A stretch of DNA of 5,258 nt, taken from Amoeboradix gromovi X-113. Taxonomy: Eukaryota > Fungi > Sanchytriomycota. Shown here one piece after another: positions 1 through 5,258 of this stretch. Below the pieces are notes generated by a model that ran no database searches, was not told where the DNA came from, and was given only the letters and a program-made list of their open reading frames with translations. The first letter of the stretch is position 1; every line of letters starts with the position of its first letter. Position numbers and translations under genes: made by a program. The stretch covers positions 1 through 5,258 of the forward strand of contig JADGIF010000677.1 in the NCBI GenBank assembly GCA_018985225.1, in the 5' to 3' direction.

Positions 1-1019
1 AAAAGAATAGCTATACAGACTGTTTATTTTTGAAATTTCGATACATTTTGTTTTGTCTAGTTTTTGTAGAGCATGTCCCTTATGTTCTATTTCGAGAAAG
101 TAATATCGCTCACAATCATTTACAGCACAGCACGATTTTTTTATCTCCATTCCTGGCACACAACATAAAAACTAAATTAAACTATAAAATAAGCATCTCA
201 AAATTGACATTACTCAGGTATAAAGTTTCTGTATTTATTACATGCTTTTATTAACACCTCGCTGCTAATAAGTCCTCCTCTTTGTCTTTCCGATCCAAAG
301 CCGTTACTCACTTAAATTTCTATAACTTGAATGTAATAGTGGCACGTATTTATATATTTATCGGCGGCTACATTACACTAGGTACAATTATGCAACCCTG
401 GCCTCTGCGAAATCTTTGAGGACCTTAGTACTAGTCATGATCCCTGCTGGCTTTAGCAATATTTGGTAGTGCTTATTCCTCAAGTTGGAGGGTAAGTAGG
501 ATTGGCATTTGAGAATCTCCTCATTAAAAGTTCTGATTTTCGAGAGAATCGAGAATTTCCACAGAAAAACTAGTAGTGCTAGATGCTCCGTTACAGCGGT
601 TTCTCACGCTTGCACTACCCTGAGGCGGTATAAATTAGGATACATATGCCTGATGTGTATATTCCTTGCTGCCATTTGATCTCTATTGTCGCATATTAGG
701 TAAGACCAACCACAAGAATTATTAAGGAAACGGTTTACAAGTTTATTTATCGTTGATCTCTTTCTAGGGATTGAAAGACATCTAATTCTTCCATGTTTGG
801 ACCAGTTCCTCAGTGTTGACGAATCTATGCTGTACCTGTTAATTATTTCTTTAGATTTCACATATTCGGGATTACATCCATTTATTCCATTTACCTTTTG
901 TGAAAAGGAAGAATATCGAGTATTTAAGCTATTGGAAAAAGCTGGAAAAGTCATGAAATTATATAAATATATAAAAATTCTCAATAAATGATTTATTCAA
1001 GAAAACAATCGAGCTGTTT
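1..1019 (-). mobile_element. IS607-like element, copy A (decayed, internally deleted, runs off left edge)
   Basis: The reverse complement of 850-1019 aligns to 5088-5258 (about 64% identity by hand, one gap, 18-nt exact block). Collinear blocks with copy B: 600-624~3234-3258, 551-568~3282-3299, 516-526=3323-3333, 371-390~3418-3437, 97-153~3569-3634, 22-79~4225-4283. Confidence 0.8.
510..897 (-). pseudogene. IS607-family serine transposase (TnpA) remnant, copy A
   Basis: PEYVKSKEIINRYSIDSSTLRNWSKHGRIRCLSIP is a MerR/Xis-like N-terminal HTH typical of IS607 TnpA. Later fragments in shifted frames: YAT(I) (~YARV), RHMYPN, ASG*CKREK (~SGxNxKR), FSVEILD, NEEIL. The codon matching copy C's ATG is AAG (897-895). 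This explains ORF 604..984. Confidence 0.82.
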
Positions 1020-1061
1020 GAAAAAGTTTGCCTAATTTTGTCGTGTCCCGTGTTGAAACGA

Positions 1062-2852
1062 ATGAGAATACTAATTGTGAATGATACCCATTTGGGATTT
1101 GCTCCTAATGATCCTATTAGACAGAATGATGCCTTGAGAATGTTTGAATATCAACTCAGTTACACTGAGTATGATCTAGTTTTGCATGCTGGTGATTTGT
1201 TTGACAACAACCAACCGACATCCAAAGACTACAGATCCTTTTACAAGGCGATGCAATCTTACTGTAAAACAAGTAATGTTGAAATATTTAGACACAACGA
1301 ACAGTCAGTTGATTTGCTATATCCCTTTTTAATGATACATGGCAACCACGATGAGCAGACTGTTATTGATATGTTAGCCAGTACTAGCTATGGCTTGAAT
1401 ATCGGATCTACTACTGACATGGCGATACTAAACATATATCCTACAATAGTCAAGATAAAAGACACAGAAGTTGCTATTTATGGGTTTGGATATATTCGCG
1501 ATGAACGGATATATCATTTGTTTACCAAAGACAAGGTCATATGGCATAAACCGGATCGGACTATGTTCTCTATTGTTCTGATTCATCAGAATAGAACCCC
1601 CTTTCCAAAACGCCATTTACCGGCTGAACTTCTACCATCATTCCTTAATTTGGCAATTTGGGCTCATGAGCACTATTGTGAGCCTGAGATCATCAAGCTA
1701 GATAATATTGATATTCTTCAACCTGGTTCGAGTGTTGTAACAGCTTTGCAACCAAATGAGACTCATGTTAAAAAAGGTAATGTATTGGATATTATTTCAG
1801 CTACGGAATACAAACTTACAAGATATGAACTGCCAAACAGAAAGTTCTTTTATCAACAGACTACCTTTGATTGTTTGCCAAATGTATTTGAGCGTGAACT
1901 AGTTGCTGCTATTGATAAAATAAGAGACGATTCTGAGGGTTTGGAGTATGATAATGAAGATACATGGCCAATAGTTAAGCTGCTAGTAAATATGACTGAT
2001 GATGTGTTGGACCCTATACATCCGCAGCGACTGGCTAAGCAAATTAAATTTATTGCAAACCCATTGACTTGTGTTACATTTAGTAAAAAAAGAAAGCAAA
2101 AAGGAAAGCAGCTTATGAATAATTCTAACGTTATATCTGAATCATTGGAGCCGGAAATAAGCATGGCCCAAATAATTAGTACTCTGGCGCCTGAGTTACA
2201 AATGCTGCCTTCTCACAGGTTGACGGATGTAATTGAAATGTGTATTCAGCGACAGGAAAAGGACACGCTAGTTAAAGTAGTATCTAGCATGATTTCTATA
2301 GCAAATCAACGCACATTAGAATTAACTGTTAAAAAAGAAAGTAATGAAACAATAATTGATCAACAAGATGATGATGCCCTGAAGAATATTATAAAGATCC
2401 AGATGGACCACATCAACAATGAAATACAATCCAGGTTTAGTGAGATGAAATTAAACGATATAACTGAAGCAGACATTACAGATGCAGAAACTGTGGACTC
2501 AAAATCAGTAAAAAAATCGACAAATGTGTCTGCTAGGGAAGCAGTAGATATTTCAGATGATGAGGAAGTCATTATTCAACCACCTGCTAAAAGGAGGATT
2601 AGAAGCGCTACAAATCAACCAAGAAAGAAGAAGGTTCAGCATCCAATTGCAATTGTTAGTGATCTAGATGAAGAAACAGAAGATACCTCTACGGCTACTA
2701 CTGTAATTCTCGACGTTAACGAGCCAAGTATCTCCGACACTGCTGGAACTCAAAACACAACCAGAAATGGGGGACGGAGGTTACCAAGTACATGGACAAA
2801 GCCTATCCAAAAGACTATTAGAAGAGGAAGAGCCAGGAAATACAAAGAGTAG
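1062..2852 (+). CDS. MRE11: Double-strand break repair nuclease Mre11 (eukaryotic type, intronless)
   Basis: All five phosphoesterase motifs occur in Mre11 context: NDTHLG (with DPIRQND), GDLFD, IHGNHD, IHQNR, IWAHEH. Also YGFGYIRDER, QPGSSVVTAL and KFIANP, then a long charged tail. The ATG at 1062 (MRILIV) matches the usual N-terminus better than the TTG at 1038. Confidence 0.96.
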   Translation: MRILIVNDTHLGFAPNDPIRQNDALRMFEYQLSYTEYDLVLHAGDLFDNNQPTSKDYRSFYKAMQSYCKTSNVEIFRHNEQSVDLLYPFLMIHGNHDEQTVIDMLASTSYGLNIGSTTDMAILNIYPTIVKIKDTEVAIYGFGYIRDERIYHLFTKDKVIWHKPDRTMFSIVLIHQNRTPFPKRHLPAELLPSFLNLAIWAHEHYCEPEIIKLDNIDILQPGSSVVTALQPNETHVKKGNVLDIISATEYKLTRYELPNRKFFYQQTTFDCLPNVFERELVAAIDKIRDDSEGLEYDNEDTWPIVKLLVNMTDDVLDPIHPQRLAKQIKFIANPLTCVTFSKKRKQKGKQLMNNSNVISESLEPEISMAQIISTLAPELQMLPSHRLTDVIEMCIQRQEKDTLVKVVSSMISIANQRTLELTVKKESNETIIDQQDDDALKNIIKIQMDHINNEIQSRFSEMKLNDITEADITDAETVDSKSVKKSTNVSAREAVDISDDEEVIIQPPAKRRIRSATNQPRKKKVQHPIAIVSDLDEETEDTSTATTVILDVNEPSISDTAGTQNTTRNGGRRLPSTWTKPIQKTIRRGRARKYKE

Positions 2853-2969
2853 ATACTGGGTAGCAAACAATAAGTTTACTGAAGCTGCAAACTCTTGGGA
2901 CGTGTCCTGAGCCTTAAAGTAAGGAATTTAATAAGTGAGTTCAACTAGAACAGGATTTTGTTGCTCTTA

Positions 2970-3335
2970 AGAGAAGATAAGACAAACGGTCATGAAAAAG
3001 AACAAGTATAAAGAAATCGCTAGCATATATAGAATGCTAAGGAACTGGTACAAGAATGGCACGATACGAGGCTTATCTGCATCAGTAGAGGGATTCCTGT
3101 AAAATATAAAAGACGCGGAAAACTCAATTGATATTTTTACATCTCTCTCTTCAGTGGTTCAATCATTTGCGAGTGTATCATACAATAATGAAGGAACACA
3201 ACTTGAATTATCTTCGTACATTTTTAATCCTGTCTCAGGGTAGGGGAAGCGCGAGAAAATGTTACAACTGATTGACTGGCTTTCTCTGTCGAAATTCTTA
3301 ATTTTCTAGGAAACCATTGCCATAATGAGGAGAGA
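2970..3335 (+). pseudogene. IS607-family serine transposase (TnpA) remnant, copy B
   Basis: REDKTNGHEKEQV aligns ungapped to MRDGSKRHDPEYV (C) and KVNGINGCNPEYV (A). It continues KEIASIYRMLRNWYKNGTIRGLS (HTH), FASVS at 3166-3180 (~YARVS catalytic motif), VSG*GKREKMLQLID and FSVEILN. A/B differences in KR and FSVEIL fall at synonymous third positions. Confidence 0.78.
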
Positions 3336-3399
3336 TATGAAAGCTTGTTTGAACTAAAGCAAAACACTAGCAGTTGGCTCTTGGAGATTAAGGCGATAT

Positions 3400-3962
3400 C
3401 ATGATAACAGATTATAGTAACTGCCTAATATGTAATGATTGGAAGTTTAATGCAATTGGCAGACATGAAATGGATGTGGATTAAATTGATACTCGTGAAT
3501 GTTTCTTTTACGAGAACCAAATTTTATGATCTTTATTCACCAGGGTTATCATTAGAACAAAAACTTACGGAATAGAATAGACATAAGAGAATATACCGCT
3601 GTCAAGTCAACATGTGAGTTATATTGAAGACTTTAAACTCCTAGACCAGAGCAAATCCTTGTAGGTCCAAAAGTGCACACATTGCGTTTATTTTATGGTC
3701 TGTGAATAAACCAAACAGGGTTGTTGATCATTATGGTAACATAGACCCCACAATGCCGATTTTCCCAAAGCAGACGGAAATCTTACCATCGGGCTTGCTG
3801 CCTGTAGATACAGATGTGGTTACCCTCTCAAGCAAATCAGTAAAAAGACAAGGAGTTAGGTGCAACATCAGTTAGTGTTATGCGACGATCCAAAATGCCA
3901 AGCTAAAGCAATGCATCTATAAAAACAGAACAAGTTGTAAAGAGTTATTGTTGCGCCTATGA
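3400..3962 (+). pseudogene. Tentative, heavily decayed TnpB/Fanzor-like RuvC nuclease remnant
   Basis: Fragments across frames, in the expected order downstream of TnpA: LSSQHVSYIEDFK (3599-3637), KVHTLRLFYG (3670-3699), VVDHYGN (3720-3740), LPVD (3798-3809), CGYPL...QHQLVLCDDPKC (3815-3898, Zn-finger-like), NRTSCK (3924-3941). Copy A adds KISQRPGLHNC (416-384), DPG-like. No catalytic motif is intact. Confidence 0.45.
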
Positions 3963-4019
3963 GAAAGCAAAGTGGCAAGAATTGGACTTTGATGCAAAGA
4001 TTACTTCGGGACACCCATT

Positions 4020-4202
4020 ATGTACATCAATCATAACTCCAATTCAATAGGCTCAATTTCTGATTGTATCTCTCATTCTATAGGTCTATCGGTGTGAGGG
4101 ACAACGAAACAGCTTAATTACGTATTAGCTGCACACCACAGTATGCTAGCATTACTTGTGTCGATCCTTGCTGAATATTGGGTTGATGTACATGCACATC
4201 AA
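4020..4202 (+). ncRNA. Candidate omega-RNA/reRNA-like structured region
   Basis: Nested stems: ATGTACATCAA 4020-4030 with TTGATGTACAT 4183-4193; GGTGTG 4091-4096 with CACACC 4132-4137; CAGCT(T)AAT 4110-4118 with ATTAGCTG 4124-4131. It lies just 3' of the putative nuclease remnant. Function is inferred from position only. Confidence 0.3.
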
Positions 4203-4224
4203 TGATCAAAGGATACCAATACTT

Positions 4225-4522
4225 GGGACACCAAATATAAAAACCAGACCAACTCAAAAATCTCGGAAATTTAAAAAATAAACTTTTCAGAATCTCTGGA
4301 ACATGATCTTTTCAAAAATCACAATTTCGAGTCTATACAACCATTATTCGTGTCACTTGGAGATAATTGTGTCAAAAAAATGTAATAACTGGACTAACTT
4401 TTTAAAATTCATTTCGAGAAATTCCGATTTGAAGTTTTTATTGTAATCCAAATATAAAAACTAGACTATCGTAAGCCAATCAATTCGAGTATTTTGTTAA
4501 TCCAAATATAAAAACTAGACTA
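4225..4522 (+). repeat. Direct repeats with core CCAAATATAAAAAC(T/C)AGAC; probable right-end region
   Basis: Exact 25-mer TAATCCAAATATAAAAACTAGACTA at 4444-4468 and 4498-4522. An 18/19 copy of the core lies at 4231-4249, a degenerate copy near 4002-4042, and a reverse-strand homolog at 55-79. Confidence 0.9.
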
Positions 4523-4581
4523 ATTACTAATTATCTCATTTGCCAATGTTTTATTTTCCTGGTATAAATAAGATGGACCCC

Positions 4582-5049
4582 CTAATCATAAAATTGATAT
4601 TGTATCTGATAGATAGAAGAGGTAGACTTGATTTGCTCCAAGATATTAATAATAAGCTTTTGTTTCTCAAGTTCTGTGGTAGTCTCCAAAAGCGTTGATT
4701 CACCTGTAAGACATACCTCTAGAATATCTGAATCAAAATTCGGTAAAAGTTCAATTATCTTTACTTCTTTTGCAGAAGATATAACTACATTCCCTTTGGC
4801 AATTTTTGTAGTAGGTTCATTACTACTATTTTTGGGTTTGTTTGTCAAATCATAATAATAAACAATATCTTTAAGTTTAATCATAGAATCTAACTCTACA
4901 CCACCACTTTTTTTCATATATCGCTACGGCTGGCAAGCGCACCTCTTCTTGCTCTGCAATTTGGGTTTCAAAACCCCAATATCTGATTCATCATCAAGTT
5001 TGATTTTGAAATTTCTAGAATCATTTCGTTTACGAACGAAGATATTCAT
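4582..5049 (-). pseudogene. Disrupted gene with N-terminal ubiquitin-like domain
   Basis: The ATG at 5049 (MNIFVRKRNDSRNFKIKLDDESDIGVLK) is in frame with ORF 4582..4917 but interrupted by TAG at 4926-4924. An alternative frame over the gap reads QIAEQEEVRLPAVAIYEK. The pattern resembles ubiquitin's MQIFVK...VKAKIQDKEG...GKQL. Confidence 0.55.
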
Positions 5050-5104
5050 TTATTTCATAGGAGGAAAAAAATAATGACTCCAATCAAAAACAGCTCTTAA
5101 AATT

Positions 5105-5131
5105 TCAAGAATAAATGATATATCAAGAATA
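5105..5131 (+). repeat. Subterminal 9-bp direct repeats TCAAGAATA, putative TnpA binding sites
   Basis: Exact copies at 5105-5113 and 5123-5131, 17 nt inside the inferred left end. Degenerate equivalents (TCTTGAATA, TTGAGAATT) sit at the same positions in copy A. IS607 TnpA is known to bind short direct repeats at element ends. Confidence 0.55.
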
Positions 5132-5210
5132 CACGAGCAATAACGACCAATCTTCACGCTTTCTAGGTTTTTCGATCGACATAAATACGCGCTCTTCTTC
5201 CTTATCATCA

Positions 5211-5258
5211 ATGAGGGATGGGTCAAAGCGCCATGATCCAGAATATGTGAAATCTAAA
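5211..5258 (+). CDS. 5' end of IS607-family TnpA (MRDGSKRHDPEYVKSK...), partial
   Basis: ATG-initiated and open to the window edge. PEYVKSK is identical to the HTH start in copy A. Confidence 0.65.
   Translation, partial: MRDGSKRHDPEYVKSK

Larger units (their letters stand above)
2864..4522 (+). mobile_element. IS607-like element, copy B (decayed, most complete copy in window; ends approximate)
   Basis: Collinear homology to copy A from about 2970 to about 4300, with about 590 nt extra (3635-4220). The left boundary (caaaca at 2864) is weak. The right boundary is placed at the last terminal repeat. Confidence 0.72.
5088..5258 (+). mobile_element. IS607-like element, copy C: left end and start of TnpA (truncated by window edge)
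   Basis: Homology to copy A begins at AAACAGCTC (5088-5096 = reverse complement of 1011-1019). 5236-5258 matches the reverse complement of 850-872 at 22/23. Confidence 0.82.

Noticed and set aside
30-254. 74-aa plus-strand ORF
   Set aside because: TTG start, no recognisable motif, antisense to element copy A.
516-526. TAATGAGGAGA shared with 3323-3333 as the element right end
   Set aside because: Collinear A/B homology continues for about 500 nt beyond it, to the window edge.
655-715. CGWSYLICDNRDQMAARNI in ORF 604..984 resembles the TnpB/Fanzor2 RuvC-III motif (RDxNAARNI), suggesting a TnpA-TnpB deletion fusion followed by omega-RNA
   Set aside because: The aligned segment in copy B reads FASVS (~YARVS). 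The downstream conserved blocks translate as TnpA motifs (YPN, SGxxKR, FSVEIL) with synonymous differences. A frameshifted TnpA catalytic domain is the simpler reading, though an HMM check is worthwhile.
797-991. 64-aa plus-strand ORF
   Set aside because: Antisense shadow of the TnpA HTH and left end.
1428-2572. Minus-strand ORFs 1428..1616, 1853..2164, 2360..2572
   Set aside because: Antisense shadows inside MRE11 with no independent motifs.
1062-2852. Bacterial SbcD or viral Mre11; alternative genetic code with TAA/TAG = Gln
   Set aside because: DPIR, RDER, HQNR, HEH, QPGSS and the long tail are eukaryotic Mre11 features, and there is no adjacent sbcC/rad50. No in-frame TAA/TAG occurs in about 596 codons, so the standard code fits.
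3565-4001. Extension of the ~217-nt periodicity to TTAC motifs at 3565 and 3783
   Set aside because: Matches are only 4-9 nt with no flanking similarity, so likely chance.
4180-4210. Minus-strand IIDVHVH, an amidohydrolase-like metal motif
   Set aside because: Short frame with no start or further motifs, arising from palindromic sequence.
4444-4522. Canonical CRISPR array
   Set aside because: Only two perfect non-palindromic repeats, no cas genes and a eukaryotic context. Kept only as a repeat and a speculative finding.
4628-4855. 75-aa plus-strand ORF
   Set aside because: Antisense to the ubiquitin-like frame, with Ser/Phe-rich shadow composition.

Overview
AT-rich, intron-free, probably eukaryotic window. 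It holds one intact gene, a eukaryote-type MRE11 nuclease (ATG 1062..2852, +). The rest is mostly three diverged copies of one IS607-like element that the ORF track misses. Copy A is on the minus strand from about 1019 off the left edge. Copy B is on the plus strand from about 2864 to about 4520. Copy C is on the plus strand from 5088 off the right edge. Hand alignment gives this layout: left end with 9-bp repeats, then a decayed serine transposase (TnpA; HTH, YARVS-like and SGxxKR motifs), then a heavily decayed TnpB/Fanzor-like nuclease (tentative), a stem-rich candidate omega-RNA region and repeated terminal motifs. A disrupted ubiquitin-like gene (5049..4582, -) lies between copies B and C. 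Copy C keeps its ATG and may be intact beyond the window. All alignments and identities were done by eye, and the host taxon cannot be determined.
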